A DNA stretch of 31,364 bases. It comes from Paraglomus brasilianum (taxonomy: Eukaryota). A model generated the notes under the pieces. That model was given only the letters and a program-made list of their open reading frames with translations. It did no database searches and was not told where the DNA came from. Location of the stretch: positions 62,001-93,364 of the forward strand of contig CAJVPI010000013.1 in assembly GCA_910592345.1 (NCBI GenBank), in the 5' to 3' direction. Below, piece after piece: positions 12,336 to 25,357 of this stretch; the first letter of the stretch is position 1, and the number at the start of each line of letters is the position of its first letter. The translations under genes and the position numbers were made by a program.

Positions 12336-14819
12336 ATGGAAGAAGGCAGCCTGATATTAAACATAGTCAATTCAGCACCTGATAATGACAACAAGAGCTT
12401 ACGTTCTCAGTGGAAAGGCACAAATGGAAGTTGGAAAGAGAAGAACAGGATTAGAAGAAACTTGAAGAAAGCTTCATGGAAGACTAACAAGACAGAGGAG
12501 AGGAATAATCCAATAGCTACATCAACTGTGCCAGACAATCAATCACCACCTGTTACCAAGGAGAGATCAAATAACAAGGTACAATTGCTTCCAAGCACGG
12601 AAGTAATTTCTTCTCTTTTCACTCATAATCCGGAAATACCACAATTGCCTCAATCTTCCCATGATAGCAGCCATCTGAATCCAAGTAATGCTCCAAACAA
12701 AGATGCACTACCTTTTTCCAACATGGGACTGGATGATGATCTCTCTAGGCATTTAGAAGAGGAATTACAAATACGACAACCGACCAACATTCAATCTAAA
12801 GCTATTCCGTTCATTCTGACTGCTGTCAATGATCACAACAGTCATGTTGATGCAGACGTTAAACCGGCAGATATTATAATACAGGCCGAAACAGGGTCGG
12901 GAAAGACATTAGCATATTTGCTCCCTATAATTCACTGTCTGCTGCGATCTTCAAGAGAAACAATTAATTTATCACGACAGGTGAAACTTACTCGGTCAAT
13001 TGGTACACTAGCCATTATACTGGTTCCTACTAGAGAACTTACTAAACAAATACTTTCCGTCATCGAGTCTCTGCTTAAGAAACCATCATTTAAATCAGGG
13101 CAGAGTCATTTATTACATTGGTTAGTCCCAGGAACAGTTGTAGGAGGCGAGAATAAGAACCATGAAAAGAATAGGATAAGGAAAGGTATCAACATACTAG
13201 TAAGCACACCCGGACGGCTATTAGATCACTTGCAGAATACAAAGTCATTTGCACTTGATAGTCTTCGATGGTTAGTACTCGATGAGGCTGATCGACTGCT
13301 GGAATTGGGATTCGAAGAGACGCTTGAACAGATTAGTAAATTGCTCAAAATAAGAAGCGAAAATTATAACAATCCTCAGAACCCTTTCGCACAAGCTCCA
13401 TCGTGGCCCACGTTCAGACGCACTATTCTATGCTCAGCCACTGCTAGAGATGATATCCGTCAATTCGCTGGATACACTCTCGTTGATCCAGTATACATAA
13501 ACGCGGATGATAATGGATCTGATAACATAGGCGTTGAAGCTGAGGCAGTAAACTCATTATCAGACATCACAAAATATCCAACACCAAAGCAACTCAAACA
13601 TAAATATGTAATAACGCCTGCCAAATTACGACTCGTTACTTTAACAGCAATATTAAAGTCTACATTCAGAACTCATTATCATGGACTTTCAACTTGTCGT
13701 AAAGTCATTGTATTTATATCCTGTTGCGATTCAGTTGATTTTCATTTTGATCTATTCGCTAACGCTAATGCAGCCAACATACTTACGTCAGAAGATATGG
13801 AAGATGTTCAAACAACGGGGACAACAACCATCGAGCAACATACGATTGATCACAGCAAAACAACAATAAATTCTCACGACAAGTCAGTTCGGCTGGTTGG
13901 CAGCGTTATTCCCAATATCGGATTATATAGATTACATGGGGATCTGCCTCAAATAATACGCATGAAAACATTACAACAATTCAGTGAGGCCAATTCGGGA
14001 ATTCTCTTTTGCACAGATGTTGCTGCTAGAGGACTCGATCTTCCGTATATAGAGAAGATAATCCAATACGATCCACCGTTAGATTTACTGGATTATATAC
14101 ATCGAGTGGGAAGAACCGCTAGATTAGGTAAAAACGGAGAATCGATCATATTCTTATTACCGAGCGAAATCGGTTATTTAAATGTACTAAGCAGCATAAA
14201 GCCAGAAGCATTGCAAGTAGAATCTATATTGGAGACTTTAGCGTCATCAAAACATAAGGAATATGAAGCCGAAGCTACTAATATCCAGTTGGACTTTGAG
14301 CGATACGTTCTTTCTGATCCAAAGGTAAATATCTTACAAGATACTAGAAATGAAATCAAATGACTAAAAAAAACAATAACAAACACACCAGACCGTTGAT
14401 AACCGTTTCATTAATTTTTTGATTTTAATTTATCCCGCATTTCCGTTCACTCATCTTCAACTTTTACTAATTAATAGTATGCTGAACTTGCTCGTATGGC
14501 ATTCCTGAGCCATCTACGAGCATACGCTGCCTACCCGTCTTCCGAAAAACATATATTTCATATTAAAAAATTACATATGGGACATATGGCAAAGGGCTTT
14601 GCATTGAGAGATGCACCATCAAACATTGACGTCAGTCAAAAGAGCATGGAACATAAGAAACGTATTGGACAGAAGAAGGGGAAAAATAGTGGCAAGAGAA
14701 AAGAGCTAGATAATAAGACTGCGTTAAAAACAAAGCGAAAATATGACAGCAGTGAATTTGCTATTCCCGATCTATCGACTTTATCAGGACCGACTACCAA
14801 GAAAAAGAGAAAAAAATAA
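12336..14819 (+). CDS. DBP7: ATP-dependent DEAD-box RNA helicase, DBP7/DDX31-like (60S biogenesis); exons 12336-14324 and 14478-14819, 776 aa
   Basis: Motifs [46 protein letters not shown]7-like segments ([45 protein letters not shown]-terminal [15 protein letters not shown]). Phase-0 intron 14325-14477 (GTAAAT...TACTAAT...TAG) joins the two ORFs in frame. Confidence 0.9.
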
Positions 14820-14839
14820 ACAACATACTATTTATTATA

Positions 14840-17547
14840 TCACCATTTATTTCCTTTCTTTTTCTTCTTTTTCTGTTTGTCTCCTCCAGTCTTGGGTTTT
14901 GGAGTTTCTGTGTGCGTTGAAGGAGTACTTGTTTCAGCGACAGCCGTTGTTGTAACACTACAAAGGGATGAAGAAGCCGTCAAGTCAGTCAAAATTATAC
15001 AATTAATTGTGTGCGATACAATAGTGGAACAAGATCAAAATTAATGACCTCTTCCCGGAAATATTGGCGCTACCAGTTCCTCCAATGCCTCCGCCCGCCA
15101 CGGCGGCACCTTGAGATCCTTTGTTTAATTGCTTCTTTCTCTTGCCTCTGTATGTTGATCTCTCTCTCTTTGGCAACCAGCGTTCAGGATCTGGAGGAGT
15201 ATTGGGATCATAGTTCTTAGGCAACAATGGCTTACGCTTATGTTTCTTCTTTGTCGTTGTCTTTGAAACGTCATCACTGTATGGTGAAAATGCGGAAATT
15301 GAGTGCTGCATAGATACAAAATCACAATGACAATATACAAGTAATACCTTTTAGCGTCGGTTTTCTTGTAAGTTTTCTTGACCCCAGGAACTACACTCTC
15401 AAGCTTGTCCATGTCTGTAACAGACTTTGTTGTGTCTAGCGGAGGCAGACTACTCTCGTGACTTTCGGCAGAAGATACGTCGTAACTAGCTAGAGCCATT
15501 ATATATCCTGCCATAGCTTGAGAATCGCCGGGGTCTGCTTTAATTAAGTGTTTATAATCTTCAGCTGCTTCTCGGAATCTCTCAGTCTTCAACTTGAAAG
15601 CAGCGGTCTGTCGAAGGATTGATAAACTTTGGTTTGTCTAGAAAATTGAAAAATTTGTTGAGCAATACGTGTCTCATTGATAGCAAAGCGCATATCATTT
15701 GTAATAAGTCTCATACTCACCGGACCGCTGGCTTTCCAAAATTTCTCTGCCTTCTCCAACACTTCGATAGACTTGTCAGACAATCCTGCTTGTTCATATA
15801 GCCAAACCAAGAGTCCAACAACGCCGGGTCTGTATTTGTCAGCGCATTCTCCTATAGCCATCAAATATGTGTTGAGCGTAGCTATCGCGGCCGTAACATT
15901 AAATTGTTGAAGTTGCAATTGAACAAGGGCGAAATGTATAAGCAACGATTTTGGTTTCTCTTTGGCGAATTCTTGTAGATCTTGAATAGCTTTCGTAGTC
16001 TTTTTTTGGCGATAAGATGCGGCGGCAAGTAGAATGTAGTGCGAATCATCGGCTGGGTCAATTTGTAAGATTCTCCGTGCAGCTTCTTGAGATGCGGCGT
16101 ACTACAGGTAGGCTAACTAGTTAGTCAACATGCAAGCACGGGGAATAAATCTATTATAATCATACATTACGATATCGTAACTAGGAAATCTTACTAAGTC
16201 TGTATTATTACCTTCTGCATATACAATTGAATCAACGCCTCATTTGTGATAATTGTTCGCCGTTGTTTCTTGAATAATTTGGTCTCCAAGCTTTTAGATG
16301 ATGCGGCTCGAAGTTTACGAGAAGAGTCAAACAGATCTTGATCCTTTTTAAGAGCAGCCAGGTTATTCGACGCCACAGCCGATATAGTTATGTCTATCGT
16401 CCTGTGTTTCAGCACCGATTGATAAAGTTCATTCGCCTCCGTCGCTTTGCCTTTGAATTGACATAAATAGGCTAGCTGGACAATTACGGTAGAAAGTTCT
16501 TGTTCAATCTCTTGTTCTGTGTAATCTTCTTCGGCAAGGGATTGTCGACAGAGGCCTATTAATAGTATTGAACAAATACGATAGTAAAACAGATCATATA
16601 ATTATGCATACACGGAACATGAGATGATTGGAGAGCAATGTACTTTTAGCCGTGTTTAGTAGCTTCTCTGCTCTATTCAGATTATATACTGCTATTTGTC
16701 CACATGCAGAATTATAAGCAAGTTCATATGTATTTGTTACGTCTGCCAATGCATACTATAATGAGATATACAACCAATTATTAGAGCCATTAAAATTTAG
16801 CGAGAAATCAACGCAGCGAGAAAACGGTATCATACCTTTGCGGGCAATTTTCCATCAGCAAACAATAATGCCGCCTTTGCTGCAACAAAGTTCGTCAAAA
16901 TGTCATTGTAAGCATCATCATTCTATTAATGATATAAATGAGGGGTTTAGTTCAAGTCTTGGACATACGACAAATTTATAAACTAAATGAGAGACCTTGT
17001 CAGTTTCGTTAACAAATTCGTTATATAAATCAAGGCAAGTTGTAAAGTCCTCTGATCTGTATGCCTAAATATTCACAATCTATCAATATGCTTTTCTCGT
17101 ACGCTAAATCGCCGCTATGCCTACTACCAACCGCCTGCGCTTTTAAATGACCCAAGTCACGCTTTCCCGATGTATTGAATTTGGTGGTAATCTCTAATAC
17201 TTCAGACCATCGATTCAGTCGGTACAAACAGTAACCTCGTTCGAAAATTAGTTGGTCTTCAGCAAAGTGCTTTACTACAATATCCAGTGCATTCTGATAT
17301 TTTTCAAGTTTAACCAGTGTTATCACTTTACAATGTAGAGCATCGATATCATTTGGGATTTGTTTAAGTACTGGATAAATGGGAAAAGTCAGAATGTAAA
17401 TCAAATGGGAAAGAAACAAATTATGTGAATTGCAGCGCACATACTTTTATCGATATGTTTGAGTGCCTTATCGTAATCAGCTTGGCTGAGCAGTCGGTCT
17501 AATTCGGCAAATAATTGTGTGGCATTGATGTCTTTAGATGACTGCAT
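14840..17547 (-). CDS. SRP72: Signal recognition particle subunit SRP72; exons 17547-17445, 17370-17132, 17064-16996, 16922-16836, 16755-16644, 16555-16212, 16101-15721, 15637-15348, 15276-15049, 14957-14840 (656 aa)
   Basis: All nine introns are GT...AG and phase-consistent (1971 nt spliced). TPR-type N-terminus (FERGYCLYRLN, YELAYNSAC, AVASNNL), SRP72 RNA-binding motif KRKPLLPKNYDPNTPPDPERWLPKRERS, and Lys-rich end KKKKKKGNKW*. Confidence 0.93.
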
Positions 17548-18374
17548 TTCTGTTGAATTCTTTCCCTGGTGATTTAGGCTAAAATACGATTGCCAGTTGA
17601 TCATAATCACGTGTGAATAAATCGTCCAGTGTAATTCTGTCTTTTTGATTAATACCTATTCTTGCCTACAATAAGAAATAGGCAGCTCTAGAAACGGGAA
17701 GACAAATTTGAGAAACAATAATAGTTTCAATATGAAAAAGCGCATTTAATAACAGCAGTGACAGGACATTATATCACTTATAAGTATCTTTGATAAAATA
17801 TAATGTATAAGGAGAATGGAGATTATAATTTTATTAGAACGATGTCTTTTGTGATTGTACACAGTTCAGACATGTAAACTGACATTGAGAACTAACCGCT
17901 GCGCCGATATATATTGCACTGTTGTCATTTGCATAATGCAAAGATTGTTAGCCGGGAATGTCAAAATTCCCAAGAGGAACATCCAATTATCATTTCTTTT
18001 ATCAACCCCGGATTTTATCGAGTAAGATAGTCCATTCTAACTAAGAGGCATAGAAAAAACCGGCCGGAACAATAGCAGAAAAGCGCTCAAATAGAATATT
18101 TCCTTATTTAGCGTACTTAAAACACGTGTAACTTTTTTGGTTAAAAAATATAATATTTAAGATTGTGAGACTTTTTTTGGATAAGGCAACCCTTTTATAT
18201 TCCTTAATTGATCAAGCAATTTATTTCGTAGCGAAGCATTAGTAAAGAAGTTCACAAGTTTCCAAGGATGGAAAACCGCAATTTACTGCGCGTAGCAGTC
18301 TAGAAAAATAATATATAGACTGAGCCGTTAGCATTGAGCATGTGTATCAATAATATCTTTCCATTCCGACCCCC

Positions 18375-19331
18375 ATGTCTAAGGCAAATAATACAGATTT
18401 TGATTCCCGCGAGAAGGGTCTCAAGAAAAAGAAAAACCAAAAGAGAGTATCTCGAACCTGGTTCGTTATTGCGATTGTAATCAATGTCTTGATGATATTG
18501 GCTTCCGCATATATACTTTACTCCTGGCACGAGGTATATAGATTCTCCATCGACCAATTTTGCTCAATGTCGTCAACTGCCATGTACCAAACCTTTTTCT
18601 ACTTACTGCTACTTTAGTTCGGTGTGGTGAACACTAGCTACAAGAACTACATCTTGACACACGCAGCCGCTGATGTCTTTGTTCGGGCTGTGCTTATCTT
18701 ATTGGCTTTGCAAAGGCACGGGTCTGGCTTTGCAGTAAAAAATACTCTTGGGTTTCTAGTCGGTAAGTTGCGCACGTATGACCTCGATGCATTAATACTA
18801 TTGAATCATGGGCGTGTTCTGTCTAATCCAAAAACTTTCTTCATTCTAGGAAGGGAAGACTATTACCTTTTGTCCCATTATAACAAACGCAAACGTCGAA
18901 TGATTCGTGATGCCCTTAGATTGAAAGCCATGCTGGTTTGGTTCGCAGTATTTGGAATGATTGGTTGGGTATACGCGATCAGGGCTGCCATGAATAAGCA
19001 TAATTCCATTTTAATGTATGCTTCGTATGGCGGCGCCGTTATAGTGGGATTTTATTTGATGCTGAACACCTTTGTGTTCAACTGTTACCAGTCCATGAGG
19101 TATACAGTTCGCATCAATGGAAAGGTGGTCAAGAAAGGTGGTGGAAGGATCCATCTGAAGGTAGTTGATGATGACTCTGACTCTGACTCCGACGATGATA
19201 GTGATGGTAGTGATGAAGATAATAATGAGGATGGGGACGATAATGGGAGTGATGGTAGCGATGATGATGACGGTGATGATGGTGACGACAGTGATGATGG
19301 CGGTGACGATGGTGGGGACGGCGGTGACTAA
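18375..19331 (+). CDS. Hypothetical multi-pass membrane protein with acidic Asp/Gly-rich C-terminal tail; exons 18375-18533 and 18618-19331 (290 aa)
   Basis: ATG 18375. Phase-0 intron 18534-18617 (GTATAT...CTTTAG) joins the two ORFs in frame. About four hydrophobic segments (WFVIAIVINVLMILASAYILY; VFVRAVLILLAL; MLVWFAVFGMIGWVYAI; YGGAVIVGFYLMLNTFVF). No family recognised. Confidence 0.7.
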
Positions 19332-19954
19332 GAGATAATAATCCATATAGAATTAGAAAATTTAGAACGGAATGTATCAGTTTACTGGCGGCTAGTTGAT
19401 ATAACAGGAAAATGCAACATTAAATCTTCCGTTCAGATTATACTCGTTTTTAGAATCTTGACATGCCATGTTTTACCCATGCGAATCTTGAATTGAAATC
19501 CTTACAATGCGCTAGTACTAGTCATGGGTTGCATTTTTGTATCTCGACGATTACGACGTTGACACAACTTCTGATGAAGGAACGGCTAACGGGAGATTCG
19601 TTACAAATTTCCTACTGTAATGAATTATTCTTCTGTTATCTGAATGCATTACTAGCTTGTCAAACAAATTATTTAAATATGAACACGTCACGAATAACAG
19701 GAGGGGAGATTGATAGTAAAAAAAATTCTTTTAATAGTTGTGACTACAACTCGCCGGTCTCCGAATTCACACTCAACCGTTTTGAGCAACTAGTTTTCAA
19801 CAAACATAATAATAAATGAGTGGTATAATATTAACCCTTTTTACATTTAAATGGACAACTCGTATTATCTGAAAGAATTTTTTGCAATTACGTGCAGCAA
19901 TTTGCCAATGCCGTATTTGTGGAACAGGCGGTATTAGTATTTTCAGGGTCTTAT

Positions 19955-21150
19955 TTTAAAATCGCATCTAATCCTTGATGCTGATTGACCAAGATTCTTG
20001 TCTCGTATATTGGCTTAAGTTGCATCAACTGTACTTCATCTGCAGCTTCTGTATATAGGATACCGTCTTGCTGACCATATTGGTGAAAAGACCCTTTTTG
20101 CAGCTCTCTTTAATAATGGATTATTTCTCCTGACGCCTGTTCTGTAATTAATATATTTTCAAAGAATTACATGTTAATGACAAAAATCCACAACTGTTCC
20201 ATTAGACGATTAGTATCTATACCTTTTCAAATTTTATTTGATAAAGTGGATCTTTTTGTCTTTTCACCCAGACCAAGTATCCTTCCACTGATGGATTAGA
20301 GTGACTCTTAACATATGGCCACATCGCTTCGATCAAACTTACGGCTTTTCCGTCGGTTAACGATTTTTAAATAGCATCAATGTTATTTATCGATTGTGAT
20401 TCTTACAGTTATAGTGTGTGTCGGGGGATGCTGCTCCTGTATCTCCAATCTGATTCAAACTATCCAAAGCTCTTTTGGTAGGACTCATAGTAAATAAAGC
20501 GTTGACTAATTCTATAGTCATTGCCTGGCGATAAATGTTGCAAATTGAATCCCAAGCCTTATGATTTTCTGCTCTAAATTTCAAAAAACCTGCCGTTGCG
20601 TGGACCTGTTCTTTTCCAGGACATAGTTGCTACTTTATATAGGCAAAAACTGAGACATATTGCAAATTGTTTGATATCAAATCAGCAACTATATTAATAT
20701 AAGAATTCATAACAAGCATTCAAACCCAACACAGCTTTACCAATTTAATGCCACATATGCACGAAGCATATTCATTTCTTCAATTTAGCTGCATGACGAT
20801 ATGGAATGCCATCGTAAATCACGGCCACCCATTTGCGTATTCCATCCTTGACTCCCGATATTTTCTCAATATGCAGAAGAACCTTTTCAACGTTTGCGCT
20901 TGAATTGGGATTAACGTTGAGGGAATCAGGGACAAAGATTTCTGGAGTATTAACTTCTGGATCGGCGAACGGTCTCTGAGTAATGCTGATTCTCGTCGAA
21001 ACGGAAGATTTAGTTTCCTTGTCAAGGCAATAAGGTTTGTAGATGGTTAAGCGGTCCGTTTGGCTTTTTCCTAGCTCTGTAGTAGGTCGTTTCGAATGTA
21101 GGTAGACGACATTGACACTTCGAACAAACTTGCATGCCGTCTCTTTTCGC
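19955..21150 (-). mobile_element. Fragmented relic of a DUF6589-like (putative transposase-derived) gene
   Basis: Ordered minus-strand blocks broken by stops and frameshifts: VCSKCQCRLPT; PEIFVPDSLNVNPNSSANVEKVLLHIEKISG..KWVAVIYDGIPY; HKAWDSICNIYRQAM; WPYVKSHSNPSVEGYLVW..DPLYQIKFE; NYRTGVRRNNPLLKRAAKRVFSPIWSARRYPIYR; NQHQGLDAIL. Family assignment is from recalled motif resemblance only. Confidence 0.55.
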
Positions 21151-21274
21151 TCTATCAAAGGTGTCAAATCCATTGCTAGAATCGATAACACAGAAAAGGA
21201 AATTGTTTTTATTGCAGTATTGCGTTCCCCACGTGAGACGGACTCTATCTCCGGCTTTTTATCTTCCTTCCATT

Positions 21275-21565
21275 TATATGGCTATGGAATCTTTCTCGAT
21301 AAAAGTGATTAGAGATTCTCTCCAAGTGTACGCTTTATGCGTGAAGGGTCTTTAGCTTTATGACTTCCTGCTAATCGGAAACAATGGATATTCTTGTTTA
21401 CTTTGTCGTCAATAAAAGGGTGCATTCTTTCTGGAACAGGTTCTAAAAGTCTAGACGTAAATTTTCGAGCCTTGGATGCGCCACGCACAAAATATTCGGG
21501 TGTTAGTTCCACTTAGACTCATTTGAAGAATCAGCTACAAGAATGTCATTCATTGAAGGATTTGA
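21275..21565 (-). pseudogene. Fragment of an archaeo-eukaryotic primase (PrimPol / NCLDV-herpesvirus clade-like) domain
   Basis: Three frameshifted blocks in the expected order: MNDILVADSSNESKW, then TPEYFVRGASKARKFTSRLLEPVPERMHPFIDDKVNKNIHCFRLAGSHKAKDPSRIKR, then ESLITFIE. This matches the PrimPol-type pattern DSS..K.SxH ... F.D..V......FRL..S.K ... SL(I/V)T; the SxH motif is lost at a frameshift. Confidence 0.62.
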
Positions 21566-21706
21566 TCTGGTTATTTCCTTTATAGCACATTCTTAATGTA
21601 CCATCTTTTTTACGCATAATTTCTGTTTCGCAGTCGTACAACCGGAGCGAGAAGGCTTTCGCCCGAAAAAAGGGAACGCTCGGGAAATTTCTTTCTCTCC
21701 TTATAT

Positions 21707-21946
21707 ATGGCCGGGCCTGGTCAGCCATCGAGCCATGATAATTTCGCCCGAGGAGGAAAGCCGAAGCCGCGCGAAACGCACCACCTGAAGGATGCCGTGA
21801 ACATTGGAAATCTAAAACATATTCCCTGTAAGGTATGTGGCAAGCCTACTGCTTCTGAACCAGGAACTTGTAAAAAACATGCAAAAGGTTTTTATGTTAC
21901 AAAAAAATTTACACCAAACACGGAATGTGTCTTACGAAATGAGTAG
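21707..21946 (+). other. Short ORF or relic with a Cys/His motif (CKVCGKPTASEPGTCKKHAKGFY)
   Basis: CxxC-x10-CxxH spacing in a 79-codon ORF adjacent to the primase relic; probably a fragment of the same repeat mosaic. Confidence 0.4.
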
Positions 21947-24900
21947 GCTAACGCCTCGCGGTACCGCAGAAATCAAAATTGATATAAACATCAAGGTGAT
22001 GGGCAAGAGATAGAGATAGAAATAGACTGAGTCACTTAATAAAAAATACAAAAAAGAGACGTATTAATTAATACATAGTCAAGGGATACTGGAAATAGCC
22101 TACAGGGTAAGTTAAGGCCTTGAACACGCATGCTCAACGCAGGACACGGTAGTAGGGATGTGTATGACTGTATGGAATGAAATCATGTACTTGCTTGGAA
22201 GATTGCCAGAAGAACGAGTGCGAAAACGTGAGACTTTTGGGTATGGAACGCCGTAGACGTGAGTTGTAGAAGATAGTCTCTTGACACAAAGTCAATGAAA
22301 TGCGCGTTTTTGTGTTCGCAACGGGTTTTTGAATGACGAAGATTAGAAAGTCGTCAGGATCGCATTGTCGTTTATCAGTCACATTGCATAGAGGAAAACT
22401 TGCCGAGTACCCCGATCTTGAATTAGACGAACGTATTAGCATACTTACAAAATTGTGAAGCAGAACAACCAAAGTGTTCGTCGGAATCAGTGAGACGCTA
22501 CGCAAACCTATGAGCAACTGTAGCTTGATTTCGATTTAGTGAAGTCTTTATATTATATAATTTAGATATGGCATGGAAGAAAATGACAATGGCACGTTGG
22601 CTTCATATTACAAGGTTGATGAGTATGCGCGCATGATCTGGCCGTTATAATAGGATTGTGGTAAACGGGACGGGGGCGTGCAAGCATCACGCTGCTAATT
22701 TCAAGAGAGAGGTGAAATCCATCGACTTTTACATTTCTCAACTTAGACCTTGATTCACTACCTAAACTCCAGAATGGTATAGTTTTATTTCGATTCCAAC
22801 ACGTCAAATAACGTTGACATGCTAGAGATCACTCTTTTCCGTTTCACTTTTTCCTACATAAACGGCATTTTGATTTCATCAAAGAACAAACATAACGTTC
22901 ATGTTTTTCTTCAACAATAGCCATAGTAATTTTTCTTGGGTTGATGGAGTTGATGTACTAAAAGAGCGGCCGGTTAAATTTACAGATTGTCGTTGATGTT
23001 AGGCATGGAAGAAGCCTACATATTCAAATAGAAATCTGTATTTCATTAAGAACATTTATCAAAGCTAGGCCAGAACTCTACAGTTGATAATGCATTACTA
23101 TTACCTATCGAATGACTTCATTAGAAATTATCGTAGAGATTTAGCTGCGAATACCTGCTTGTGATATGTGAGATTTTGCATGTAGCAGGGTTGTTTTGTA
23201 GATCGTATGAATGAAAAATGCACTGGAACGCTTCGATATCAAATCTCAGTTTCATATCAGCACGCTCTGCCATTGACATGAGTCGTCGCTCTAGGTACGA
23301 CATTCATCCATACTCAGAGAGTATTCGAGTTACTTCTTCAGTGATGATAAATGGAACGTGTTTCACCGTGAGTAAACATGAACCCGCATGCTCCGTCGTT
23401 CCAATCGTATAGATTTCATCGTGCCGTATGTGTAGCCATATCCAATAACCAGCAACCTCCGCTCATCACTCACTGGGACTGTTACTATACTAGTCGTTCG
23501 CCGCGAGAAATAGTCAAGACTTTCTCCGAGTCGACGGAAAACTGAAATGATAGTAATTATCAACATAGCATGACCTTCATAATAATAAAGGGTTTAAATC
23601 GACGTTGACAACGATGAATACGAATGTTAACGTGTTTTTTGAATAAAATCAATGTCATTCGACGGTTATAAAATAATTGGGACCTTTTTTAATATTTCAT
23701 TGATCTTTCGCGTCCGAATTAGGGAACTTTCGAATTATTACATTTTGGAACTTTAATATTTTGAACGTTCGAGCTTAATTATATTATACCGGGCAGCTAG
23801 CCTTTTTATAATAATTTCGAAAGGAATACAATATTTCAGTATAACAAAAGACTTTGATTTTTTCACGTCAAAATGGACTTACAATATGTACGTTCGTATC
23901 ACAAACGCACGGTATTGTGTATGCTTCGGTTATGTCTGTGATGGATCAAAGTGTTGTATTGCATGTTGCTTCACTAAGTTGGGATTATTTTAAAAGTTCG
24001 AATATAAACATCAGATAATTGATACGCGTATGCTTGTCAATCCAATAAATGCGTATGTTTGAAGATCTGTTAGAGTAATTGCATGGGAGGACCCAAAGTA
24101 TAATCTATTTCTTTGGTCGCTCTAATAAAAACCTATGCTACGCTATTAGCGTCATCTTTTCTTCCTTTTCTTGGACGATCCATCCCTCGACGGTGGGTTG
24201 ATTTTGCTTCGGTAAAAAGTTTTTTAGAGACGGCGACGCGTAACTTGCGGATTTGAGTGGCCACTTGATTCAGAGTTCCAGCTCAGAATAACAGATAACG
24301 TTGCTCACTTGCAATGGTGAAAGTAAACATTTTTGGATAGTTTACTATTGTCATTTTTCATAAGACAATAGTTTATGTTAAAAAAGGTTTGTGATTCGAT
24401 TTTCCAAGACGGAAAACGAGTGCAAGTCGTGTTGTTTTATAATGAGCTGATCATTGCGTACTCTTCATTAAATATATTACGGTTGCGGATTTTGAAGCAA
24501 GTAATAGTAATATTCATTTGTCTATTAAACAGACGCAGATAAAAAATAAAACGTATCAATACCCCTCCACAATTCGGAACAGCCCTTTTTAGTTTGTTAT
24601 TGCAATAACAACAAGAGCTGCCATAATGGCAAGATTGCATTGCCAAATCTCTATTGAATCACAACCGCTGAATTTAATAATGATCAAAAACGAGATAAAA
24701 TTATGCAGACGCTGCTCAACTAAACAGGAGAGTTAATATCAGGGTTAAGACAAATATGATGACTTCAGCACCATTGCCTGTTTGCTAGATAGTAAACCTG
24801 TTATTTCATCCATGTGACGCACACAAAATAGACCCGTGACCTGTAAGCCACAATGTGTCAAGAGATGAGATGAACCACAGAAAAGCGAGCACAAAAGGGC

Positions 24901-25357
24901 GAATACACATACATCATGTTACGAGCCGACGGAAAGTCTCCTTTCGGTTAGAATGCTATTGCTATGCATGCTAACAAACTCTCTTGGTGGAGACAAGAGC
25001 CAAACTACGTGTAGAATGCGCAGCACGCGCAATTTCTTAAACAGTATATCATCAGTGATTCAAAATAATTAATTATAAATTTGGTTTATCTGAAATATCA
25101 TGACCGGCGGAATAATTCGACTGATGTCACCCACATTAGCGTTACAGCGCGTACACTTGTTGAAGTTATTGCACAGAAATGCAGATTTCTTACGATGCAT
25201 TTATTGAAGTATTGCATTCTTTTCAACGATAAATTTAATGGCCCAACAACGCAGACGCAGTCGACGTCCATACAGCCTGTTTCATATTGTTTCCCCATCC
25301 CTCCGATTTCAACATCGATGACTTATACGCTAACGGAGCAAATCTAAAACTCTCATC

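Noticed and set aside
15011..15910. Plus-strand ORFs opposite SRP72
   Set aside because: Antisense shadows of well-supported SRP72 exons.
19011..19346. Hydrophobic Ile/Thr-rich minus-strand ORF
   Set aside because: Antisense reading of the Asp/Gly codon repeats of the plus-strand gene.
23157..23542. Minus-strand frame with several in-frame TGA codons, suggesting TGA=Trp DNA from a Mollicutes endosymbiont or stop recoding
   Set aside because: A TAG also interrupts the frame, splice-like sites flank it and no family is recognisable; a decayed gene or chance is simpler.
22134..24650. Other scattered ORFs or relic frames, and a RIP-like explanation for their stops
   Set aside because: No coherent gene model; every stop codon is one transition from a sense codon, so the pattern is not diagnostic without repeat alignments.
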